Below, piece by piece: positions 37,327 through 49,903 of a stretch of 64,000 nucleotides of DNA. The first letter of the stretch is position 1, and the number at the start of each line of letters is the position of its first letter. Source of the stretch: Spongospora subterranea f. sp. subterranea (Eukaryota); contig JAUGWO010000042.1 in assembly GCA_049724395.1 (NCBI GenBank), positions 248,001 to 312,000 of the forward strand, read 5' to 3'. The translations under genes were made by a program, and so were the position numbers. Below the pieces are notes generated by a model, which was not told the DNA's origin, made no database searches, and was given only the letters and a program-made list of their open reading frames with translations.

Positions 37327-38838
37327 TCAATTCATATTTCGGAGCATTTTGAAAGGATAAATTGATGACTGATGTCCGTCCTTCCATTGAATATTTACAG
37401 CATAATTACCAACGGGTGTTATCTTGACGGGAATTGCACAATCACTGGTAACACTGTAAGTGCCAGTCGCTTTCAGCTTTGAGCAAAGAGCACACTGGCA
37501 AAGGCGTCGCAGGTTTAGCGAAGGAATAACTTTGACATTTTCTCCATCGTCGTATGTGATGTTGTCGCTATCATTTAGAGTCACCAATGGTAACCGCTGT
37601 TGCGTAATCTGATAAGCTATTGACGACGCAAAATCGTTCATCATAAGGGAGGATTGACTTGACTTATCGCTGAGCACAAAGGGAACTCCATCATCACCAG
37701 TATTACTGATATTAGCATCGATCGGCAGATCCAATATCGTAGATATACCGTATCGATTAACAATATCGTCGTGAGATAATTGTCCAAAAGGATACTGTCT
37801 ATGGTTGCATGAGGTGCACTCGAAGAAAGCCTGTTACGTCAAGATGGGCAACGAGCAATAACAACAACAATTCGTGTTCTATACCATATTATTAACGCAA
37901 CCTATGGTGGGAACAGCCAGTTGATTGTACATCTGTAAACCTTTGGCCACATCAATGTGCGAGAGTACCTGTGGAGTAGTGACAACTATATTGGCGGATA
38001 ATGATAAGGATTGCATTAGAGATAGTTGGATATCACCTGATGTTCAAAAGTCAGATTTTGAACAGGGCGATTTCTGATTAGACCACATACCAGTTCCCGG
38101 AGGCATGTCGATCACTAGAAAATCGAGGGCGCCCCATGCTGTACCAAGTGCCAGTTGCTGCACTATTTTAGAGGCAACGGGCCCTCGTATAACAGAAGCG
38201 CTGTGGCGATTTGGGGCAAGAAACCCATAAGACATGAGTTGAACTCCACGATGGTCAACCGGTATTGCACGTTGTCTGGCATTCTGATGAACACGTTCTT
38301 CGGGTTTTCCAACGAGGGTTGGTAGGCTGGGGCCATATATATCGGCATCAAGCAGACCAACTGCAAAGTTTAACCGAACCAGGGAATACGCTAAATTGAC
38401 AGCGACCGTAGATTTTCCAACTCCGCCTTTACAGCTGGAAACAGCAATAATATGTTTAGTATCGGATAAACCGGTTTGTTTCTGAGACCCTTCGGCTTCC
38501 TGTAAAAGCAATAGCAGATAAGAGAATGGCATCACTTTCTACAAATGCGAAACCTGTGACACTTTTTTCTCGCTTGCCATTCTAACGCTAGCTGATTTTA
38601 TTCCTGGTAAATCATTTAGTGCAGTCATGATCTGCCTACGTATTGTCCTGTAATGCTGATCCACGTCTAGGTGAACAACGACACCACCATCGTCAACTTG
38701 CTCGATTTGGCGAACTAACCCACTGTATATTACATCATGACCAGTTTCCGGGTGTTTCACCATCTGTAATGCTGAAATACATCGCGATTCCAGAGCTGAC
38801 CATGATGTAAGCGATGATGATAATCGGCGCACAATCAT
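37327..38838 (-). CDS. HCF101: Mrp/NBP35 P-loop ATPase with HCF101 architecture (DUF59 - ParA/Mrp - DUF971), Fe-S scaffold
   Basis: N-terminal DUF59-like ALQMVKHPETGHDVIYSGLV; AVSSCKGGVGKSTVAVNLA; DADIYGPSLP; WGALDFLVIDMPPGTG; VTTPQ; C-terminal LRRLCQCALC...PVGNYAVNIQWKDGHQSSIYP (DUF971). Confidence 0.88.
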
Positions 38839-38954
38839 CGCATCTGTCCGTCACTATGGCGTACATTTCTACTCCAGAACTCTTCAAAATTAACGACCCA
38901 AACTCTATATCGCCGTGATATCTTTGGGTAAACAATGAGCCAACCGCTTTATTA

Positions 38955-39941
38955 TTAAGATTTGCTGCCGAAATAATGCTTTAGAGAGCGCGTCGCTCCA
39001 GGATTCAATTTTGATTTTTTGATTGCGCGACCGGATTTCGCTTTGGTAGATGCACCCTATTGTGATATTTAGCCAAACAAGGTGGGAACATCAAAGCGCA
39101 CATACAGGTTTATCTGATACGGGTTTGACGTCGTCCGCCAACGTTCGATCATCTCTCGATAGCACCGGTTTAGATTCCAGAGCATTACTCGGTAAAGAAA
39201 AATGTTCGAGAAGTGGATGAGCCCATTTGCTAGGTAAATATTCACATAAAAGCTTAATAGCCTCAACGATTGTGTTTTTGTGGTATAAAGCACTGGTTTG
39301 GGGCTTGGTCGTCTCCAGGACGGTTTGTAATCTTTGAACTTTGTGGAGCAGCCACTTGAGAATCCTCTCATCGTTCAAACGGTAGAGCTTCATATCTTCA
39401 ACTATTTGGCTATCACAGATTGTGTCCATTTGTAAATCGAACTTTGAAAATAGTTTTTCTACAACAATTGCATCCTCAGCATCTCCTAGTTGATCAAGCG
39501 CCACGAAACACGGTGTCTAATGGAGAGTTAGATTTTAGCGAATTCAATACAACAAATTATTCAACACCGATTCACGACACCGCTCAAGCAATGGTAGTAT
39601 GATGAACAATGGATCAATTTTCGAAGCTATTAGTAGCGATCCATCCTAAGAAGGCGACTTATGATCAAGTGCCATGGCAAAGTACATATACTGACCGAAA
39701 CAACAGATGAATCAACAAACCAGGATGAATTCCCCTGTTTGATTTTTTGTATCTCAAACAAGTCGCCATTTGTCTCCAGAAATATCGAAGATTTATCTGT
39801 AAAATCATGTATTCATAACACTGCAGTAGAGCATCATGATGGCGGAGAGCTATACTCACTTTCGTGAAGAGGATGAGGCAAAATCATCATGTCCATGTGG
39901 GATAATTGGGCAGGTATCCCATTAATGATGACAACTGGCAT
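38955..39941 (-). CDS. RNASEH2B: Ribonuclease H2 subunit B (Ydr279-like), multi-exon
   Basis: MMILPHP, SWFVDSSV, SKIDPLFI and YRLNDERILKWLLHKVQRL, plus a basic tail ending RSLKHYF (PIP-box-like). Confidence 0.8.
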
Positions 39942-40158
39942 GGAAAAAGGGATGAATGAGTTGAGTGAGAGCAAGGCGGTGAACAGGAGCTGACGAGAAC
40001 CCCTTGACCGCTACGCACTCACCGCCGGTCCAGGCTCCAGCCGGAACATAAAAAGGGTCAAAAAGATAATGCTACGCCCTACGATCTATGCGATAAGCAA
40101 CCTGGTGTTCTACTGCATATTTAACAGATAATTGAAGCAGCCAATATCAACAACATTA

Positions 40159-42701
40159 TTAAATCGCATCGTTGTTTTCCTCCATTTTCTTCCTTTTCCA
40201 AAGACGAGCTTTTTCCAATAATGCGATGTTGGCTGCGCCTGTTTGATCATCTGGGAATTCGTAATCGTAATACTCTTCCCAGCCAGCGTCGCTGCCATCC
40301 TCATTCGTTAATAACCGGCGTTTCTTTAACCGCCTCGGCATCTGTTTTGAAACGGCTTCTTGTGAAGCTTCATCTCCAAATTGCCTCTCGAACTCCCTCC
40401 ACGCGTCCAAAATTTGAATCCGCTGAATTACAATCAATATCTAGTCGAAAAAAACGGTTCCTCTGTGCGTACCTCATCTCCGGTACCATTTTGCTTGAGA
40501 TACAAAGTACCGCGCTCAAAAACTTTTCTTGATTTGTCAAACTCATTTAGAGATGTTTCGAACTGAGCATTACTTATCCAGACCTAACAACATTTCGAAG
40601 AAAGTCGAGAGAAACAAAGATACCATAGAAGTACCTTTACGTGTTTTGTCTTCTGAAGAAGACGTTCATAAAGAGTGCGAATATTTCCATACTCTTTGTG
40701 TTCAAACTCGAAATCGATATAAGCTTTCCACAGCAATTCGGGCATGTCCAGCACCGGCTGGGTAACACCTAACTCAAAAATCGCCCTGGAACGTTCTGCA
40801 ATCGACTTTATGACCTTTACAACACAGATACGAACTTTGTAATACCTAATTCTTGAAGAGAATTTTCTAGCTGGGCATATCCAGACCACGCGAAGCAATT
40901 TTCAGGAGAAAACCTAATTGACGTAAGTAACCGCATAGAAGGGTTGAAAAGTAGTTTGCCTACAGAATATATTTTTCATATAATTTTCTGCATCGCTCAA
41001 CAGAACCAAGCTTCATCTCAAGTCGGATATAAAATTTGAAGAGTTTTTCCTTTGAGGCCCTGCCTATTGCCTGGCCCAAGATTGATCGAGCCGCAGGAAG
41101 ATTCATTTGCCTTATCTGAGAAAACATCAGCACCACGAACGACACCATAAATGAGACGTTTTGACCTGAAATTCAGCGAACATAATCCACATCTTGGCAA
41201 AAGTAAATCTGCAAGCAAATTAGCAACAGTTGATGAAAAAATGTATAGAAAGGACTTACCGCTTATGAGGAATAAGATCGAGCGCTGCCTTATATACTAG
41301 ACCAGCCCTATCGATATCGCCGGCGACAAGTTCCTCGAATATGGCATATTGAATCCACAAGTAAATATAGCGGGTCCAAAACCTAACAGAAGGTTAAATA
41401 CTTTGGAAAGCGATTGTGAATTTGAAGCAACAAACGTTTTTTCTTTGACTAGAGGGACGTTACCGATAGCTCTTTCAAATATTTCTCGGACCCTTTCCTT
41501 TTCCGAATGGGACATTTCCATTTTCAAGTAATCGAACCATACATCATAGTTGTGAGGATTATTTGCAAGATCTCCTTCATACTGCGAACGGCGTTTACTG
41601 ATAATGACATCTTCGATTCCTAAAATCATAACACTTGGGTGTTTTCGCTAACAAACAAGCAAATGTGTGTAATCTACCTTCTTGATTGCCAAACTGTTTT
41701 TCGAAATTCGTGTATCGTTGATATATGACATGAGAGTCAGATTTTGGCATTTTCTCAAGAGCCAATCTGTATAGAGCACGAACCCGCTCAGTTTCCCGAC
41801 AAGAGAGCTCAAAGTCGGCAAACGCCAAAATAAACTCCTCTGTGAAACAGTCGTCGCCTAAGTCTTGACTACATCTCTGCAGAGAAATGAATACAATGAA
41901 TCAAGCACATCATCAAAGCGACCTCAAAAACCCCCCGAGAAAGCTCTTTATCGCCATGCTTATCTTCAAACTTTGCATATTGAAGATAGGATTCTACCGT
42001 AGGATGACAAATGATGAAGCGTTCGTAAATATTTCTCGCCCTTTCCAACATTTTGCCGTCTTGGCCGTGACGCATCTCCATGTGAATATAAGCTGACCAA
42101 GCATTCTTCATAGGTGCCCATCCCATCCAACGCTCGAATATTTGACGAGCACTGCTAACGTTTCCTAACATCTGTAATGGGCAAATAATACCAAATCAGA
42201 AGGAGCTAGAGCTAACCCATATTGAAAAAATATACGTACTTCCTCCATATGAGTATATTTGAACCAGAATTGGTCCACCCTTGGCATCAAAGACACTGCA
42301 CGATCCCAGATGTTACGAGCGTGATTGACAAATCGATTTTTCATCTCCATGTCGGCATATTTTAGCCAGAGACTAGTATTTCGGTAGTCTATATCAAGAG
42401 CTCTTTCAAAAATTGATCTTGCTCGTTCAAACTCCAGTTGGCTTGCTTCCCAGGTTGCATATTTAACCCAGACGCCAATGTTTTGTCGTTGTCGTCGCAC
42501 GACATCTTCATACTCCTTTCGCTTTCGAGAGCGATAATGCAGAAGTTCATCTATATCCGTGATCTTCTGTTCGGGAGCACGAAGCACGACATCTTGGCGC
42601 TCCATCGCCTCGCGTAGAATCTGTTCGGCCGTAATCTGGACATTGGCAGCTGCCTTGTTCTTGACCGCGGCCTGGCGGCCACGAGGCGGGGCGCTTTCCA
42701 T
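40159..42701 (-). CDS. CRNKL1: Crooked-neck / Clf1 / Syf3 HAT-repeat splicing factor, multi-exon
   Basis: [80 protein letters not shown]...LLEKARLWK. Confidence 0.96.
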
Positions 42702-42899
42702 TAGGACACAGCTGATACTGGACGAACAATGCAAAAGAAGAGTCACGGTGTGTTTTGACAATGACAAGGTAGTGGCTATCAAAGTTGCGCATTTCAGGTG
42801 AATTAACCTCGTCGGTTCCCCATGGGCCGGAGGTTAATTTCGGGTTCCCGTCATATTTCAATTCTCATTCGACATCCGAGGATGGCGAGCAATAACGGC

Positions 42900-43350
42900 G
42901 AGTGTTTTCGCGTATTTGCAATATGCACCTCGGGCAACGTCACAACTGATCTAGCAAAGTCTGCGCTCTTTGTTATGGGTTAGAGAATGACAAGGGAATG
43001 TACCATCGTCGTCAATTTGGTACTGTACTACGATTCACTTAAAAACTGTCTCCGGGAAAATGCATTGTTGCCAACGCTGGATGTTGACTGTTTTCTCACT
43101 CTTTAACGCGGTATGCAATCACACACAATATGTACCTCCAGACGACCGCCATTACAATGACCTTCATTCTAAACCCAGGATACCAGTTGAGAACGGCTTG
43201 TTGAAAGGTCGGTTTTGGAGATTCAAAGTCTTTGAACCAGAAACGGAATCAAAATAACGGTGATTCAGCAAACGCGAAAATAAAACTGGATCTATGCAAG
43301 CATCGAGATTCATTCGTGCTTGTTTCCTTCACAACTTGTTAATCGGCTTC
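42900..43350 (+). mobile_element. Degenerate PIF/Harbinger-type DDE transposase fragment
   Basis: Broken frames give IVANAGC*LFSHSLTRY (compare GDxGY...LTPY), HYNDLHSKPRIPVENGLLKGRFW (compare NxxHSxxRxxVExxFGxLKxRF) and FIRACFLHNL (compare ACxxLHN), in the order expected for DDE_Tnp_4. Confidence 0.7.
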
Positions 43351-43828
43351 CAAGACCAGTTCGAGGTTGCACCTGAGATGAATCCACCTGACGTTGAGTC
43401 GTTCTTAAAGCCGAAGAAGTGGTGCGATTCTGGAGAGGTTTCACGATGGGAGCGAATTGGCGGCTGTTCATATTGACTATTGATTTGAGTGACCCTTCTT
43501 TATGACTATTCCGACACAGTACAGAAATATTCATCATTACTCTACTTGGTTGGTATTTAGCTCTCGTCTTGTTATTTCCAGCGAATAGCTCATTGTATTT
43601 GTTGTCGCTGTTGAGTGAATAAATGTTGAGTCCCAGCCTTTGAAACCTTGTGTTAAACAAACGATATGCTGTGGTTGTTGTAATATTGAACTCAATCGGG
43701 CACACTTGTGTGTTTGCTGTCTTGGCCTTCAATATTACTGGCGATGATGACGTTCGACAAGGAAATACGTAGTACCAGTAGTGATCTTTATTGCCATACA
43801 TCACATACTCATTGACACACTCTCTCTC

Positions 43829-46800
43829 ATGATCCCTTATATCATCATCATCGCCACGTTCCTTGTATATTTCACAGAATCTCAACCATGCTCCGATATA
43901 TACTCCCCTAATTCAGTTGATGGTGTTGTTTCTCTGCTTGGCCCAGTCCTACTGAAATCGGACGCCCGATTAGCGTTCCCAGACCCGATCCTGCAGCTTC
44001 CTTCTGTGATAGGACAGCCATCAATTACAATCTCGGCCTGGATCAAAGCGAGCTGCCCTCGTTCTTCGTGTGATCCATCAACTGTGCCGATAATGGGCTT
44101 CGTATCTGGGGATGGCTCAAACCAGCTTGCTTTTCAGGCCTCATATAACAATTCCAACCGAATGGTAATATGTGTGCTCGCGTTAATCATAATGATTTGA
44201 TCACGAGCTGTATCCAGGCATCATTCGCAATGATATACGCACCTACCTGCCAGCTCAAGGTTAGATATACTTCAGCATATGACAATTGGTCGATGTTTAC
44301 CTTAACTATCCTAAACGGAGTATCTGCAAGGGTATGTGGATATGTGGTCGATCTCAAACAACTCCAGCGTCCTTATATTCCGTCCAGATTTGGATCAACG
44401 CGACCGAGATGGTCATTGACGCCAAAGGGTGTATTAGGGCGTTTACTGGATTGTTGTCATCAACAGGTTTATGGGTTTCGGGTCCCGTTAGCAGCGCGTC
44501 GCCACAGTATTCGATGTTCAACCTCAGAATATTCGACATGAATATAACCGACACAACCGTTGCTCGACTAATGGACGTGGGCCCTTTCGCTTCAAATCCT
44601 GCCTTTATTCAGGGCAGTGGTTCACGGTTTTTCAGGGCGATAGGTGACACGACCAATACAACATTGTCACCTACTGGACAGCTGATGCTTAATGGTCCGA
44701 TTCGTCCTCAATTGGAATTAAAACTTGCCTTTGAACAACAACTTTTCTTTTTCGGATTCTGATGCTCTTCGAATCAAAAACCAAAATCAGGGTCTGTGGA
44801 TATCCCTATGGTTAAAAATCGACCCTCGTTTTTCCACCGGGAGCACTTTCAAAGGATTGGTTGCCTTGAGAGCTGTAAATAATCAATCTTTATCTCTGCT
44901 GATACAGCAACAAACGAGCGGGATTATAAATGCATGTGGAACTGTTCAAGCCAATATCAATTCCCGACTCAATCGTGTGTTATAGGTGTTTCCATCTTTC
45001 GCTAACGGAGCAACGTCCATCTGCTCCCAGACGCCGAGGTCGTTCATCCAGTTTCCTGCTGATGGGGCGTATCATCAGATATTTCTTATTTCGTCTGTAA
45101 ATAGTCTTTCCCTGCAGATTTGGCAGGTATTGTTTAAGCGTAAAGGCCGTTTTCCTCTTGGCTTAGGGTGTCGGATTTTAGTTCTGTGTGGACAGCGCCT
45201 TGCAATGTTCTCTCGTTGATATCAATGGAGGTTTTGATCTATCATCGTCGAGCCTATGGGTTCTGGGCAACAAATTCTGTGGTTCAGATTCGTCAAACAT
45301 AACCTATTCAATTCGTCAGGTTCGTATCAAAGAATTACCACTTCAGATTGCGGCGGTGTCAACAGAAATAGCCCTGGCGCGATCCATTGCTCCTTCCCTT
45401 CCAGACTGCATATTGCAACAAAACGGTGATTCATCGGCATTTCCTTATCCTACCTGCTACGGTTTTGGCAGTTTATCCAAAAGCGGAACGTGCCAATGCT
45501 CCCAAGGAAGAAGCGGGAAATACTGTCGAACGTGTGATTCCAGTTTCACATATGTACCGTCAAATGCAGGGATTCTATATTCACGATGCCAGTGTTCAGC
45601 TGGATCTGAGAATATTAACAATACTTGCACTTCGTGTAATCCAGGTTTGCCAATACTCCAACCCTCCCATATATCGAATACTGATCCGTTTCGGCTGAAT
45701 AACGGTAGGGTATTACAACAGCTTCGTCAACAGCCCTTGCCTAAATTGCTCTTCTCCCAATGGGGCAAATCTTGCACGAACCGCCTGTCATCTCTGTCCT
45801 ATTTCCAAATATGCCAATAGCACTACTGGAAATTGCCAATTTTGCAGTTCAGGCACTGTCACTTCGACGATTGGTCGTGCTTCTTGTGATGTTTGCCCAG
45901 CTGGAACTTTTTCTGACGAAGGAAGACGGTGCACTAATTGGTAATGGCCATTGAGGTTCATGTGTTATATCTGTATAGAACTGAATTATGTGGTGGTTAA
46001 ATCAGTCCACCTGGCTCTGTCTCAAACAGTGGCATGGGTACATGTACGCCTTGCCCCCCTGGAACTCAGGCAACGGTCAATACGTGTGTCCCATGTCCTC
46101 GGGGGACGTACAACAATGATTCGTCATTAGCCTGCACAAGATGGTAATCGGGATGCCACACAGTTTGACAACTCAACGTGTAATCATGTTATTATTGATT
46201 TTTTAGCCCCAACGACATGATATCAACCGCCAATGGCACAAGCTGTATAGACTGTGGACTTGGCATGTACTTTCCTACTATTGGAGACACCAATTGCTCC
46301 TTGTGCCCATCTGGTTGGAGTAAATCTGCTCTCGACCCGACGTGTAGACGATGGTCAAACCCATTAGAAGTTTGATTTGTACTCGTTGTCATGAATTTGT
46401 TCTATAGCGATTCGGGAACAGTGTCGTCAGACAATAGGACTCAATGTGCTGTTTGTGGTCCTGGATTCTTTACAGTAAATTCGGATCGCTGCGCTCCTTG
46501 TCAGGTCGGATACATTTCCAGCTCAAATGGGACCACTAATTGCACAATATGGTATTGATCATCTCACCAGCCTCACCGATACTCTTTCTGCCTTCTCATC
46601 TTGGTATAGCCCTTTAGGAAAATTTTCGTCACCTGACTGGAGGAGTTGCTTGGATTGCAGCGAAGGCAGTACTTCTAACTCTGACAGATCAGGATGCACA
46701 TTATGCCCTGTTGGCACATATAGCTCCAAACCTGCTTCGCCTTTATGCCTTGCCTGTGCCCCTGGGACAATCGCAAACACAACAGGGCTTACAAAATGTG

Positions 46801-49453
46801 ATCCTTGCCCCCTTGGGACATCCTCACCGCGTGAAGGAAGCTCGTCTTGCACAGTCTGCTCAACATCGTCATTTTCCAATAATTACGGTATCAGGTTTAT
46901 TCATTGTGTGATATATCAGATGAGATTAATACAGTCGTCGTTGTAGGATCAACAAACTGCACTTCTTGTCAGTCCAATAGCGAATCTGATCGCATTGGTA
47001 GTTCAACACAGAATCAATGTCTGTGCTCATCACAATATTTCCATAATCTTTCGGCCAATTCTGACGGTTTTCAATGCGATCCGTGTATAGAAAGTATGGA
47101 ATCCAGAAAATGCAAACACACACGTTGAACTGACTCTAAACTGGCCGGTTTTATAGGCTTTATATGTGATAAGACAGCAACAATTATTCCTGGTCAGAAA
47201 TGGGTTATATTCATGTCAATATTATCGCGACAATATTAACAAGTTTCAGGTACACGACAAGGATATTATCGCGATACTGCTGATCCGTATATGGTATTGA
47301 AATGTTTTCCCGCAGAAGCTTGTCTGGAATCGGCACAAAACACCACAACACAATGCCTGCCATTGTACACGTCAGCAACAGTATTCCGGTTTTTCGCTAG
47401 ATCTTTGTGAAGTCATTTTTAGGGGAAGGCGATGCTCTCATTGCTCACCATCTAGTTTTCGAATCTCGAAATCGTGCCAGGAATGTGGCCACAGCTGGCT
47501 TGGTATTGCAGCCATGATTATGATGCTTATCATGGCCTGTATCCTGTTTTTATTCATTGCCAAGCCATCCAAAAACCCTCTTATTGGTATCAGCATTGCC
47601 CTTCAGAATCTTCAGCTGATTTCAGTCTTCGGTGTATCTGTCACTGATCATTGGTCTCCAACTGTAAGGTTCAGCAAATCATCATCTAAAAATATTCTGA
47701 CAAGCGTTCCTTTCTGTATTAGGCTCATTCATCATTCAGGTATTTCACATAAAAACATTGTCTTCATTGCCCTCAACTTTTGGTCAGCATCATATCTATT
47801 CTGAACTACAATCTAGAAATATTCAGTAAGTTGTGTTGTATCTTTTTGCTCATTTTTACTACTAACACCGGTTAAGGAGCTGAATGTTCAGTCAGTTTAA
47901 GCTAGTAAGAATGAAACATCGCTGGATCTCTAAAGATACTGATTGAGTGTTAAGTTGGAGTAAGCAAGCTATGCAACTAATATCCCCATTACTAGCAGTA
48001 TTGCTATTAGCTTGTTTAGCACTCGTATATCGAACGATACAAGAAAGACTCAACCGTGGTTCATTCTCCAATAGTAGCACAAGCAGCCACATCGCTTCTG
48101 CTCGTAATTTGGCAGTAGCTACAAGTCATATATCTCAGAATTCAATCGGTCACGAACTGGACAAGAATCGGGGTCAATCACGCTCCATTTTCGACCGACT
48201 CATATATGCATGGTAAGAATGGTGCTGTACTAAACTTGCCCATAATCGTTATTTATCGATCGTTGCGTCAGTATTCTGCTTATGCTGAATGGGTATACAA
48301 TCCTAGTCTCGACCGCATGCAATCCATTCAATTGCTACGACGCTGGCCATGGTCAATCGTACATCAAAACCGATCCATCCGTCCCGTAAGCCGCAATCAC
48401 ACCATATAATCACAGCATAAATGACCTGTCAAATCCAGCTGTTCCGGGAGTGATTATTCGGATTATGTTCAAGTGTCGATGGGGGCTCTCGTTGTTTATG
48501 CTGTGGGTTGATCATTTGCTTCAACATACCTGTTTCAGTTAACAACATAGTATATTGGCAGATTGGAATTCCTTTCACGGTCGGAATGATTGTAGCTTAT
48601 CATTATCGAAGGTGTACGATTGTAACTGAGAGTTTCGCCAACCGCTTTGGTGCCCTGACAGCCCCGTATAACGCCCAATGTTATTGGTGGGAAGTGGTCA
48701 ATCTTCTTCGGCGTCTCTTTGTTAGTGAATTGACCATGTTATATTTCACGTAAATCACCAACTACGTTCAGATCATATTGACTATTAACTTGATACAAGC
48801 CAAGTTTATGCAACTGTTCGCGACCCTGGCTTTACTGTTTGCCTATGTAATCCTGCAAACATTTTACAATCCTTACAAGACTACGCAGGAGAACCGACTA
48901 TCGATTATGTGGAATAGCTTAACAATATTGATTCTTTTTTCTGCTGGTGTTATCGAAGCAGGCGGCGCTCGTTCAGAAGCTGGGACGTCAATTCTAGAGA
49001 TATTGATCTTTGTTTCAATGCTCGCTACAGTTATGTTCTCTTTATATATAGTCAGCTTAGAAGCAGGAATCCATTCTAATGGTTCTGCCAGATCACGTAT
49101 AGTGCTCAAATATAATCACGTTAACATCAACGCTTATTGTCATTTATTTAGGTGAGAAACCGAGCTCATTAGCTTGGGCTGGGGACGCTACCAACGAGAC
49201 TGCCAGTATTGGAACCGTTCGAAGCAGACCTACCAAATTGGGCTCGCCATCTGGACCAATGAAGCATTTTAATAGTCCCTCGGCTAATATATCGTATTTT
49301 GGCATGAGCGATAAAGCGTTAATGGATGATTCTGTAGCCAGAGATCCTGTAAGGGTGTCTAGTTCATTATCTAATGCAATCACAGCGATTCCTGCTTTAC
49401 CTAGAAAGACATATGATGCGTCTGTAAAAGAGACCAACAAACATATTCAATAA
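43829..49453 (+). CDS. Large receptor-like membrane protein, paralogue 1: signal peptide, LamG-like domains, EGF-like module, Cys-rich (ephrin-receptor-like/GCC2-GCC3) repeats, multi-pass TM domain, Ser-rich tail
   Basis: MIPYIIIIATFLVYFTESQ (signal-like); ITISAWIK...IWING-like...FNLRIFD (LamG-like); CYGFG...CQCSQGRSGKYC (EGF); repeated CxxCPxGTY; several TM helices and RFGALTAPY...YWWEVVNLLRR...PYKTTQENRL. Many short introns. Confidence 0.82.
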
Positions 49454-49903
49454 ATTTGTTTGATTTAGATTACAAAGCTATAGAGTGGAAAACGCAAATA
49501 GGCCGATAGTCACTGCTTTCGGATCTGCACTTCTGATTGGTTCGGGTCAACACCCCTAAACCCAAAGTAGCAGGACATTCTACAGTAGTCTAAGAAGAAC
49601 TTAACGGATTGAAGTTCCCCCGCCATGCACAATATGAGTTACTATCTGCCCACACTCTATCCCACTGGGTATCGAGACACGTGTTACAACTCCATACCCG
49701 AGGTGCAGTGTGGTCCCTAACTATCCCCAGTCATATCGTAGTGCAGCAGGGCACTGGTCTTCCCTCTACAGGAGTAGAGAACAGGAACAGATCTGATACT
49801 GGTCCCGGTTTATAAAAATCCTCAGACGTTGGTTGTGGGCCTGCACCATCTGCAAATGCCTTGCAGACCTCCATAATTCCCCATGTCTAACACCGAATAT
49901 GCA

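Noticed and set aside
49550..49570. CCCCTAAACCCAAA as an interstitial telomere repeat
   Set aside because: Fewer than two perfect units; not distinguishable from chance.
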